In this document: piece by piece, positions 36,332 to 43,466 of the stretch
Numbering within the stretch: the first letter of the stretch is position 1
Layout of the letters: each line of letters starts with the position of its first letter
IMG/VR virus record: IMGVR_UViG_3300029552_000001
Strand: one strand, 5' to 3'
Length of the DNA: 64,000 nt
Origin: a virus
The notes under the pieces: model-generated
Told to the model about the DNA's origin: nothing
Seen by the model: the letters and a program-made list of their open reading frames with translations, nothing else
The model's database searches: none
Program-made: the position numbers and the translations under genes

Positions 36332-36382
36332 CGATATAATTAAAACATAATATATTATGAATAAAGAAGTTAAATACATGAT

Positions 36383-36393
36383 GGGGGGGGGGG
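36383..36393 (+). repeat. homopolymer G11 tract in the 5' leader of gene 36424..37179
   Basis: Read directly from the sequence. It is followed by TATTTATATCCTCC. Confidence 0.95.
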
Positions 36394-36423
36394 TATTTAT
36401 ATCCTCCGTAAAAATTTATTCTT

Positions 36424-37179
36424 ATGATAAGGAGGAGATTTTATTCAAGTTATAAATCCCCTGTTGATAATGGCGTTTATGCCGTTAAACAGGATGGTAG
36501 ATTAATACCTTTGTCAAAGGCGGATTATCAATGTATATCCGTAGCTATTGTACATGATGATCATAAGATCATGATTGAGAAGAATGAAGATTCTAATCAA
36601 AGCTACAAAACAGCCACGTCCGGTTTGCCCGATTCTTCTAACAAGACTTACTCTTTTTATTGGGGTGAATATGGTACGGATCAGACCGGCATTACAAATT
36701 ATGACAAAGTAGACGGGAGCAATGATTTTGGTTTCCTAAAACCGGAGTCGGGTTCATACAATGGTACTCCTAACCTTTCGGCAAATGTTACTGCCTGGAC
36801 AAGCGGGGCTTTATCTGATTGGGATGGGAAAGCGAATTCCAATGTATTAAAAGGGGTGACTACCGGTGGCGGTTCTTATACTTCCTATGCGACAATTGGT
36901 CATGTACTTAATACGTTCTTAGCTAGTGCTGACGCTAAAGGATATGATGATTGGTATATCCCATCATGTGGTCAGCTTTCATTGATATATATGTACTTGA
37001 TTAGCGTCAATAACGCGTTATTGGCTATTGGTGGACAGCCGTTAGATACCAGATATTATTGGTCTAGTTCAGAGCATAGCTCCAACTCCGGATGGATCGT
37101 ACTATTCAACAATGGGCGCACATTCACCCGATACAAGCGCCTAACCTCTTCTGTTCGATTTGTACGTGACATCGAGTGA
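36424..37179 (+). CDS. DUF1566 (Lcl C-terminal / lectin-fold-like) domain protein
   Basis: C-terminal DDWYIPSCGQLSLIY..YYWSSSEHSSNSGWIVLFNNG..SSVRFVRDI matches the W-x-L/I-P-S..EL, YWSS and VR.VR pattern of DUF1566, from memory. Confidence 0.6.
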   Translation: MIRRRFYSSYKSPVDNGVYAVKQDGRLIPLSKADYQCISVAIVHDDHKIMIEKNEDSNQSYKTATSGLPDSSNKTYSFYWGEYGTDQTGITNYDKVDGSNDFGFLKPESGSYNGTPNLSANVTAWTSGALSDWDGKANSNVLKGVTTGGGSYTSYATIGHVLNTFLASADAKGYDDWYIPSCGQLSLIYMYLISVNNALLAIGGQPLDTRYYWSSSEHSSNSGWIVLFNNGRTFTRYKRLTSSVRFVRDIE

Positions 37180-37196
37180 TCATACACCCTACTGAC

Positions 37197-37267
37197 CCAA
37201 TAGAACGGGGCTGGCTCCCATCCCTTATAGCCTTCCCGGCGGGTATGACGCCAGCCCCCTTCCTTGG
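37197..37267 (-). repeat. GC-rich hairpin element (family member, 71 bp)
   Basis: Perfect 9-bp GGGGCTGGC (37207-37215) pairs with GCCAGCCCC (37250-37258). The helix is extended by the CCAA..GGAA/UUCU..UUGG base (G.U only in minus sense). The loop is 34 nt. Confidence 0.55.
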
Positions 37268-37298
37268 TATCTTCCCTCCCCCATCTAATATAATTTAT

Positions 37299-37306
37299 TA
37301 TATTTG
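37299..37306 (+). promoter_or_regulatory. Bacteroidota-type -7 box (TATATTTG)
   Basis: Upstream of gene 37396..37947. The G9 tract starts 53 nt downstream of the box. Confidence 0.4.
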
Positions 37307-37358
37307 TACGTAACTTAAATTATTTAATCATGTATCAATATATTACAGATAACTTCGT

Positions 37359-37367
37359 GGGGGGGGG
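37359..37367 (+). repeat. homopolymer G9 tract in the 5' leader of gene 37396..37947
   Basis: Read directly from the sequence. It is followed by TATTTTAACCCTC. Confidence 0.95.
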
Positions 37368-37395
37368 TATTTTAACCCTCAGATAAGGAGGGGGT

Positions 37396-37947
37396 ATGTT
37401 TAGGCGCAGGACTTCTTCTACCGGTAAGATCCACTACCGTGTTAATATAAACAAGAATATGTGTCTTGGCGTTGTATATATATATATTGATGGGAAGCCA
37501 TATCAACCTGGTTTTAACGGATCTTATCTTGATATATATCGCGATAAGAAGATAAAAACTATAAGCATAAGTGGCAAGATATCATATCTAAATCCGAAAA
37601 ATGAGTACAATGTTATTTTGGGCATAAGTGGAGGTATTATAGAGGGAGCCCTTACGTATCAATATAATTCGGGTATGCATTGCGAGTTGGCTAATAAGGT
37701 GATATACGGGAATAGGATAACTAATTTTGTTCCTGTAACGGTGATAAAAGATCCTGGGAAGATCATTAATTTCACTTACAGATCTGAATTACAGACTCAG
37801 GTTTTAGATGAAAGTTATGTAAGTTGGGATGGTGATTATGTATTAAACGATAATTGTATAGTAACTGATCTTTGTTCGGGATGTGAATCTTATGCCTATG
37901 GGAAAAGTTCTCGTGGTAACTATCGAGTAACGGTAAGGATAGTGTAA
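37396..37947 (+). CDS. hypothetical protein (183 aa) sharing the MxRRR..SS N-terminus with 36424..37179
   Basis: MFRRRTSSTGK compares with MIRRRFYSSYK. AAGGAGGGGG lies immediately upstream. Confidence 0.6.
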   Translation: MFRRRTSSTGKIHYRVNINKNMCLGVVYIYIDGKPYQPGFNGSYLDIYRDKKIKTISISGKISYLNPKNEYNVILGISGGIIEGALTYQYNSGMHCELANKVIYGNRITNFVPVTVIKDPGKIINFTYRSELQTQVLDESYVSWDGDYVLNDNCIVTDLCSGCESYAYGKSSRGNYRVTVRIV

Positions 37948-37949
37948 TC

Positions 37950-38019
37950 CCAAGGGAAGGAGGGAGACCTCGTCCTTCCGGGCCTCCCCCGTCCTACCAC
38001 CGCCTCCCGTTCTTTTTGG
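37950..38019. repeat. GC-rich hairpin element (family member, 70 bp)
   Basis: CCAAGGGAAGG (37950-37960) and CGTTCTTTTTGG (38008-38019) form the base. Inner stems are GGAAGGA/TCCTTCC. It starts 3 nt after the stop of gene 37396..37947. For this copy the base pairs better in plus sense. Confidence 0.45.
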
Positions 38020-38083
38020 CTTCTCCATGTATTGTCTTTGACCGGATATCAAAAATTCATATCTTTGGAACAAAACTACAATC

Positions 38084-38338
38084 ATGTTTAGAGACACACT
38101 ACATAAAATCAAGATCTTCTTCTGCGATGACGATATCGAGAAGATATATGTAAGGGATAGTACGGTTATCCGCAACAACGAGATACATAAGATGTATGAC
38201 GAGATACTTAACGAGCTAGGTGATTTGGCTACGGTCGTATCAAGGAACTACGTATATGGTAAGATAAAGGACAGGACGGGGTTAAGTATCCGTCATATCA
38301 GTAGGATAATAAACCATACTAAAGTTGAGGAGATATGA
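38084..38338 (+). CDS. hypothetical protein (84 aa)
   Basis: ORF track. Confidence 0.5.
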   Translation: MFRDTLHKIKIFFCDDDIEKIYVRDSTVIRNNEIHKMYDEILNELGDLATVVSRNYVYGKIKDRTGLSIRHISRIINHTKVEEI

Positions 38339-38613
38339 TTAAGGATACGATGGAGCGGGATATGATAAATGAGATATCCACGTTGTTCGTAATGATATTC
38401 ACGTCAGGGTTGATGTTTGTCATGCCGATATTAGATGTAGGGTATAATGATATCATTGTCATAATAGGATTCGGGATAATACTATCTTTTATGTTAACCA
38501 TAATCCCGATCTTGCTTTCTTACGATATAAGGGATGAAATCATTGAGTTGATTGAGGATCTGGATAACCAGATCGTGGTAGACACTTCGGTATATAAAAC
38601 GAACCTGCCCTAA
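38335..38613 (+). CDS. small membrane protein (2-3 TM segments)
   Basis: ISTLFVMIFTSGLMFVMPIL and IIVIIGFGIILSFMLTIIPILL are hydrophobic stretches. Confidence 0.55.
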   Translation: MIKDTMERDMINEISTLFVMIFTSGLMFVMPILDVGYNDIIVIIGFGIILSFMLTIIPILLSYDIRDEIIELIEDLDNQIVVDTSVYKTNLP

Positions 38614-38629
38614 GTAATTCCTAGGGCAG
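38605..38629. terminator. bidirectional terminator-like hairpin between convergent genes
   Basis: CTGCCCTA pairs with TAGGGCAG (8 bp) around a 9-nt loop. It overlaps the stop of 38335..38613 and lies 11 nt from the stop of 38640..38945. Confidence 0.5.
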
Positions 38630-38639
38630 ATGTATAAAA

Positions 38640-38945
38640 CTAGATATTCCTTTTAATATATTTATCCATAAGGTCTATGGATAATTTAGTTCCCAGCTCC
38701 TCCTCCAACAGGTTAAGGTAGTTCTGGTGCAGGCATCCACCCCGCTCCACCTCCCTAAAGCCGGCCCCGTCCCGGATCCTGACCAGCCCTTTCCTTGGAT
38801 CCGTATCGATCAGATCCCGAAGCTCGTTCATGTTCTTAAACCGGCTCTCTATTACCTTAAATACATCGATCTTAGGTTTCTTATCCTTATCTTTGGACTT
38901 TATCTTAACTCTTCCGCTCATATCGATTATCCAGTAACCTTGCAT
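38640..38945 (-). CDS. hypothetical protein (101 aa)
   Basis: ORF track. Confidence 0.55.
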   Translation of the reverse strand: MQGYWIIDMSGRVKIKSKDKDKKPKIDVFKVIESRFKNMNELRDLIDTDPRKGLVRIRDGAGFREVERGGCLHQNYLNLLEEELGTKLSIDLMDKYIKRNI

Positions 38946-39112
38946 GTAATATGATTCATGTTATTATTGCCGCAATAAGCGCACATAGACGTGAAAGGTG
39001 AATATACCCTTCCACATACCGGACATTTCCATCCATACATAACAGGATTTGATTGTTTACCTGCTTCTCTCAAACTTTCATTAGTCGTAGTTGACGTATT
39101 CCTATCTTCCAT
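38927..39112 (-). CDS. small zinc-ribbon protein (61 aa)
   Basis: CPVCG..CAYCG. Confidence 0.5.
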   Translation of the reverse strand: MEDRNTSTTTNESLREAGKQSNPVMYGWKCPVCGRVYSPFTSMCAYCGNNNMNHITCKVTG

Positions 39113-39120
39113 ATCATCAA

Positions 39121-39651
39121 TTATTTACCCGTACTACCAAATCCATTACTTCCTCTATCAGCCGTTCCAAGATCTTCTAATGATTCCACCTCATCCCATA
39201 CGATCCGTTCCCGTCTATGGATAAGCAATTGAGCTACTCTATCTCCTTTAGAATAAGAAGGATCTCCATAACGATCTATACGTCTACATACTACCATAAT
39301 CTCCCCTCTGTATCCCTCATCCACAGTACCCGGAGAGTTTTGGATAATTGCCTTGGTTTTTGTGATACTACTACGTGGACGGATTTCCATCTCATAATCC
39401 TCAGGTAAAGCTACATGCACACCAGTATGGTATATAATCCTACCCCCGTCAAGTTCTATGTTTTTAACGAACAGATCCATGCAAGCGTCCTCCTTATGTG
39501 CGTACTTAGGCAATATCGCTCCTTCTTCCAGCCATATTTTGACCTTACATGTATCTATATCATTAAGTAACTCAATTGCCTCGTTATAGCTCATAGGCTG
39601 TTCTGAGGCCAACGAAATGGCTTTTGCCAATACATTTTTGATCTTGCTCAT
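39121..39651 (-). CDS. dut: dUTP diphosphatase (dUTPase)
   Basis: Motifs in order: EDACMDL, SPGTVDEGYRGEIMVV, GDRVAQLLI and RGSNGFGSTGK. Confidence 0.85.
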   Translation of the reverse strand: MSKIKNVLAKAISLASEQPMSYNEAIELLNDIDTCKVKIWLEEGAILPKYAHKEDACMDLFVKNIELDGGRIIYHTGVHVALPEDYEMEIRPRSSITKTKAIIQNSPGTVDEGYRGEIMVVCRRIDRYGDPSYSKGDRVAQLLIHRRERIVWDEVESLEDLGTADRGSNGFGSTGK

Positions 39652-40397
39652 CTTATCTTGTTTTTAAATTCCTTTCCTTTCGGACATTGTAATTTACATT
39701 CCTCGCCACAAGCGGAACAGTTGGGTCTCATTCCGGGCACCCCTCTTCCCCCATACGGCCAGTAGGCATAATCGCAGACGCTCCAGAACGCCTCCATCGC
39801 CCTGATCTTGGCATCGACGGTTATCTTCTCCTTCACCTTTTTCATGCTCTTCCTGAACTCATCTTTCATATCCTTCCCTTCTATCTGTCTGGCCTTACGT
39901 CTCTCGTTCCACCAATTGTAGTAGAATTTGTCTGCCATCTTATAAGCTTCGGGGTCAAATTTATCACGATGCAGGATAGGTGCGTCCTTGATCTTTCTCA
40001 AATTCCTGCCACAAACATAAGCAAGCCCGGCGTACGGAGGTATGTCCTTAGGATCAACCAACCCATCAGGAACGCAGTAGTAGAAGTAGTTGGGGCGGCC
40101 GTACCTGACCCAGTCCCCGGTCTCGTATAGGGCTTGCTTCCGGGCCTCGAACCAGCCTTGCATTACTTGGTGCTTACCCTCCTTCTCGAAATCCTTGTTA
40201 TAGTCAGCCAACGAGATCTTCACCTCAACCTCATAAGCGTACATGGATCTGGTTATAGCCAGATAATCGGACTCCCAGTTATAGACATACAAGTTGTTTA
40301 TAATCCATCTAGGAGATACCAAGAACTGTCTGTTAAGGATATCCAATATCCCTCTTTCAGTGTATTCAGCACCTTTATTTGATTGCCGTGTTCCCAT
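39648..40397 (-). CDS. PD-(D/E)XK nuclease-like protein with C-terminal Cys cluster
   Basis: WESDYLAITRSMYAYEVEVKIS fits the D..E-x-K pattern. CSACGEECKLQCPKG is at the C-terminus. Confidence 0.4.
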   Translation of the reverse strand: MGTRQSNKGAEYTERGILDILNRQFLVSPRWIINNLYVYNWESDYLAITRSMYAYEVEVKISLADYNKDFEKEGKHQVMQGWFEARKQALYETGDWVRYGRPNYFYYCVPDGLVDPKDIPPYAGLAYVCGRNLRKIKDAPILHRDKFDPEAYKMADKFYYNWWNERRKARQIEGKDMKDEFRKSMKKVKEKITVDAKIRAMEAFWSVCDYAYWPYGGRGVPGMRPNCSACGEECKLQCPKGKEFKNKIR

Positions 40398-40665
40398 CTC
40401 CTGTCAGAGGATTATTCCTTAACCCAACCGCCATTATAGCGTTCGATACCAATCTCCGTAATCCACCCATATCCTTATCATGGAACGAGAAAGTAGTTAA
40501 GTTATGTGATTCAGTAATCTTATCATAAGACTTTATCATCAACACAGCCACATACTCACCAATCATCTTCCCATTCATGATATCAAGATCGATTATGCCG
40601 TGATCTATTAGATCAACCACATCCCATCCTGATGGTAGATACGTTTTTATCTGATTAATGTCCAT
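40375..40665 (-). CDS. hypothetical protein (96 aa)
   Basis: ORF track. Confidence 0.55.
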   Translation of the reverse strand: MDINQIKTYLPSGWDVVDLIDHGIIDLDIMNGKMIGEYVAVLMIKSYDKITESHNLTTFSFHDKDMGGLRRLVSNAIMAVGLRNNPLTGDGNTAIK

Positions 40666-40681
40666 AGCAAATAGTATTTAT

Positions 40682-40707
40682 AAAAAGGAGGGTCGTGCTA
40701 CCCTCCT
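40682..40707 (-). terminator. rho-independent terminator downstream of the tRNA region
   Basis: AGGAGGGT pairs with ACCCTCCT (8 bp, 6-nt loop). A T-run follows on the minus strand (plus AAAAA 40682-40686). Confidence 0.6.
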
Positions 40708-40765
40708 ATAGATTACACACGAAAAATAGAACTGAAAGCGATCTTAAGCACGTAAGATTTTATTA

Positions 40766-40815
40766 ATTCCCGTAGGCTGTCTACCGGTTATCGTTAATTA
40801 CCGACCTACGGGAAT
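40766..40815 (-). other. long perfect-stem hairpin (11 bp + inner 4 bp) between tRNA and terminator
   Basis: ATTCCCGTAGG (40766-40776) pairs with CCTACGGGAAT (40805-40815), with an inner CGGT/ACCG stem. Confidence 0.4.
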
Positions 40816-40835
40816 ATGTTTAAGAAAACACCATG

Positions 40836-40907
40836 TACCCCAATCCGGAATCGAACCGAAATTTCATCGTTAGGACCGACGTGTTCTATCCATTGAACTA
40901 TTAGGGC
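40836..40907 (-). tRNA. tRNA-Arg (anticodon CCU), 72 nt, no encoded CCA
   Basis: Hand-folded cloverleaf: GCCCUAA-UA-GUUC(AAUGGAUA)GAAC-A-CGUCG(GUCCUAA)CGAUG-AAAU-UUCGG(UUCGAUU)CCGGA-UUGGGGU-A. The D-loop has GG and the T-loop is UUCGAUU. G32 is unusual. Confidence 0.7.
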
Positions 40908-40911
40908 ATAT

Positions 40912-40935
40912 GTCCTTATTCTCACGAACCAGGAC
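40912..40935 (-). repeat. conserved-loop hairpin, copy 2 (loop GGUUCGUGAGAAUA), 4 nt upstream of tRNA-Arg
   Basis: Minus sense is GUCCU-[GGUUCGUGAGAAUA]-AGGAC. Compare copy 1 at 26504-26527. Confidence 0.6.
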
Positions 40936-41008
40936 ATCAAACGTCTAAACTTTAAAAAAAACCTAATGACAAAACTCTATGCTAGTTTTTCCCCAAAAAA
41001 CAACGTAG

Positions 41009-41085
41009 TCCTGGCGGAGGGGCTTGAACCCACGTGCGACCAACTACCCTTTCTACAAGGTATAAGCTTGAGGGGATACGCCAGG
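41009..41085 (-). ncRNA. tRNA-like element (perfect acceptor stem and T-arm, aberrant D/anticodon region); degenerate or unusual tRNA
   Basis: Minus sense CCUGGCG..GUGGG(UUCAAGC)CCCUC-CGCCAGG-A gives a 7-bp acceptor stem and a GGUUCAAGCC T-loop. The middle 43 nt did not fold into a canonical D arm and 7-nt anticodon loop by hand. Confidence 0.3.
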
Positions 41086-41151
41086 ATGGTTTCCACATCG
41101 GCTTTCACAAGAGGATGCGGATCGGAATTTCTCGAAGTTTATATAGTAATA

Positions 41152-41751
41152 TCATGAAACTACGGTCCAACATTCTAGCATATAACACCAATCCTCAAAC
41201 GGGAACGTCTCCACGCCAGACCTACCCCATCCCGTCCCCCAGCTGTTCTGTAGGACGAAGCCGGCCTTGTCCCAGCCGGTGAGGATAACGGCATGACCTC
41301 CCAAGTTCTGCCCTTGGCCTTGCCAGAATCGATTACCATAATTATAGCAATACAGACCTATAACCAGAGGCCCATTCAGCATCAAAGCCACCTTAGCTGA
41401 TACCGGATCTATGATCCTAGCGTAACTGTTTATTTTCTCCCCATCTACGCCTATGTTCTTGATAGACTTGATAGCGTCACGAAGAACCATCCCGTCTTGA
41501 TCCTTATCCTCTCTCAGATCATATATATCGTAGGGAGAGATCTTAGCCGGTCTTTTAATAGCCCTTATACTCTTTCTCCAGTTAAGTATCTCAGCTAAGC
41601 TTACCGCAGCGCAAATAGGAGAAGATCCTTGATCCACTACGCTATCAACGTTGTTGACCTTATACTCATCAGGGACAGCCTCATGCTGCATATTCATGAT
41701 AGCGTCTCTGTCATCCACAGGGGATGGTATATATCCTAACCCGTAACTCAT
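41152..41751 (-). CDS. papain-like (C1 family) cysteine peptidase
   Basis: DQGSSPICAAVSLAE holds the Q and catalytic C region. GGHAVILTGWD holds the His. NSWGTGWGRSG is the C1 NSWG..WG motif. Confidence 0.65.
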   Translation of the reverse strand: MSYGLGYIPSPVDDRDAIMNMQHEAVPDEYKVNNVDSVVDQGSSPICAAVSLAEILNWRKSIRAIKRPAKISPYDIYDLREDKDQDGMVLRDAIKSIKNIGVDGEKINSYARIIDPVSAKVALMLNGPLVIGLYCYNYGNRFWQGQGQNLGGHAVILTGWDKAGFVLQNSWGTGWGRSGVETFPFEDWCYMLECWTVVS

Positions 41752-42122
41752 TTTTTATCCTTTTTATGGTAATCAATTATCTTGATATTAAACGTATCGG
41801 ATCTTTGCCTTACCTGTATAGACCCTCTAGCCTTTCCCTTGGCGTCGTACAGGGCGGTGAAGCCAAAGTTATCGACCCGGCCGTCGTCCAGCGTAAACCG
41901 CCACTCCTTCCATTGGCCCATCACGGTCCCGGAAGACACTATGGAATCCACCACATAAGATATATCAGTAGTATCATATTCCGTATAGTAGGTTCTTGAC
42001 GTACTGCATCCGACAACCGCTAAGGTAAATAACGTTAACAAGAAAAACAAGATCTTATTCACTTTTCTTAGATTTTTTACGTTTCTTAGATTTCTTCTTA
42101 TCCTCCACCTTATTCTCGACAT
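41748..42122 (-). CDS. lipoprotein (start uncertain)
   Basis: ILFFLLTLFTLAVVGCSTS is a signal peptide plus lipobox. It overlaps the peptidase start. Confidence 0.55.
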   Translation of the reverse strand: MSRIRWRIRRNLRNVKNLRKVNKILFFLLTLFTLAVVGCSTSRTYYTEYDTTDISYVVDSIVSSGTVMGQWKEWRFTLDDGRVDNFGFTALYDAKGKARGSIQVRQRSDTFNIKIIDYHKKDKK

Positions 42123-42669
42123 TTACATCATTACCGGCATCGGCATCAGTAACCTCAGGAGCGTTATTTTCAGGTATATCAATATGACCGGAATTAGGAT
42201 CCATCTTATCCTCATCAACAACAACCTCATCAGGTACATCGCTATCTAAAAGCTCTGCCTCAAGATATTTGATACGATCTGACATAGCCTTATTCTGACC
42301 CTCAAGTTCCTTATATCTTCTTCTAGCCTCATCGAGTAATTTAGATGATAACTTATGTTTCTTCTCGATATCCATATAAGCCCGTTTAAGAGTTTCTTTC
42401 TCTTTTACCGACTCATTATATAGCTCTCTTGATTTACTAAGCTCATTCCCCATCTTAACTATATGAGAATCCTTGGAATCTATATCCATATTAAGAGAAT
42501 CGACAAGCGTATCAAGATACTTTATTTTCTCTTCCAATTCAGTTATCTTATTACGGGCATCCTCATAATCCCTTTTTAATCTGCTTGAATAGCTAATAGC
42601 TTCATCAAGATCCTGTTTTAGAGTATCTATATAACTACTCTTTACTATCTTCAATCCGAACATCTTCAT
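42055..42669 (-). CDS. hypothetical protein (204 aa), charged heptad-like composition, acidic/basic tail
   Basis: ORF track. Heptad-rich charged sequence. Confidence 0.55.
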   Translation of the reverse strand: MKMFGLKIVKSSYIDTLKQDLDEAISYSSRLKRDYEDARNKITELEEKIKYLDTLVDSLNMDIDSKDSHIVKMGNELSKSRELYNESVKEKETLKRAYMDIEKKHKLSSKLLDEARRRYKELEGQNKAMSDRIKYLEAELLDSDVPDEVVVDEDKMDPNSGHIDIPENNAPEVTDADAGNDVNVENKVEDKKKSKKRKKSKKSE

Positions 42670-43183
42670 TACTTTTATAAGTTCTAAAAATATCGGCTTT
42701 TATCTTGCCGACTATAATTAACTCAGCTATATGTTTGTCTTTCTCGACTATAGCTATATCCTTACGGACATTAGTGACCCTGATCATGATATTCCCGTTA
42801 TTAGACGACACGAATGGTGATCCTACCAAAGTAAGTCCCGTATCGCCGATAAACGACGGCAGCATCATCAACACCCCTATGGTATTGTCCGGGAACGATG
42901 CCCATACCCCTGTGTCTATATCAAGGACATCACCCTGTCCTAATGGGAAGGCATTACCCTGTTTAATAGGAATATCCTTACCCAACGAGTTCCATGCTTT
43001 CGAGAATCTTACGGAGTTAAGGAAGATCTTTCCCTCTTTCTCCACCATCCCTACCATAGGTTCGCAATTCAGTCTAACCTCGTTTTGTTTATCATCCGGC
43101 TTCTCCTCAAACTCGTCAAGGTCTCTAGCTGATGTAAACGACTTACTCTCCAGAAGTTTTTTAATATCCTCAATACTGGTCAT
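42635..43183 (-). CDS. hypothetical protein, possibly a degenerate dUTPase-fold
   Basis: DIDTGV, a Gly-rich beta-like segment and KHIAELIIV (compare RIAQLI) are present. It lacks the D..Y.G and C-terminal GFGSTG motifs. Confidence 0.3.
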   Translation of the reverse strand: MTSIEDIKKLLESKSFTSARDLDEFEEKPDDKQNEVRLNCEPMVGMVEKEGKIFLNSVRFSKAWNSLGKDIPIKQGNAFPLGQGDVLDIDTGVWASFPDNTIGVLMMLPSFIGDTGLTLVGSPFVSSNNGNIMIRVTNVRKDIAIVEKDKHIAELIIVGKIKADIFRTYKSNEDVRIEDSKE

Positions 43184-43443
43184 TATAATTTGATTATTAA
43201 ATAAACGATCTTCAATCCTAACTTCAAATCAGATGTCTTTTCGAACATCTCCCTAAGAGGTAAGATAGTAGCGTCAAGATCTGACGCTACCCATTCTCCA
43301 TCCTTATAATACATATCCTTTTCCTCGGAATACGCTACACAAGGTCGATGCCCTAAGTTCTTCATAACCGTATCTACCTTATTTTGGGTAGGCATCGAGA
43401 CACGGTTCACTTTAGTAGATATATTAAAATTACTTTCCATCAA
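43183..43443 (-). CDS. hypothetical protein (86 aa)
   Basis: ORF track. Confidence 0.5.
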   Translation of the reverse strand: MMESNFNISTKVNRVSMPTQNKVDTVMKNLGHRPCVAYSEEKDMYYKDGEWVASDLDATILPLREMFEKTSDLKLGLKIVYLIIKL

Positions 43444-43466
43444 CTTTCTGATTTTTAATTAGTTAA

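Noticed and set aside
36378-36426. The poly-G tracts as in-ORF frameshift switches that fuse an upstream ATG to the main ORFs.
   Set aside because: I translated from ATG 36378/36381 and ATG 37330 with tract lengths n-1, n and n+1. Every frame hits a stop before or at the main start. The tracts are therefore leader elements, not coding repeats.
36424-37300. Diversity-generating retroelement targeting the DUF1566 C-terminus.
   Set aside because: DUF1566/lectin folds are common DGR targets. However, I found no reverse transcriptase ORF and no template-repeat copy of the 37050-37170 region anywhere in the window.
40836-41085. The tRNA region as a prophage attachment site or evidence of lysogeny.
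   Set aside because: There is no integrase, excisionase or repressor-like module in the window. The tRNA is complete and internal to the phage gene array, with its own terminator.
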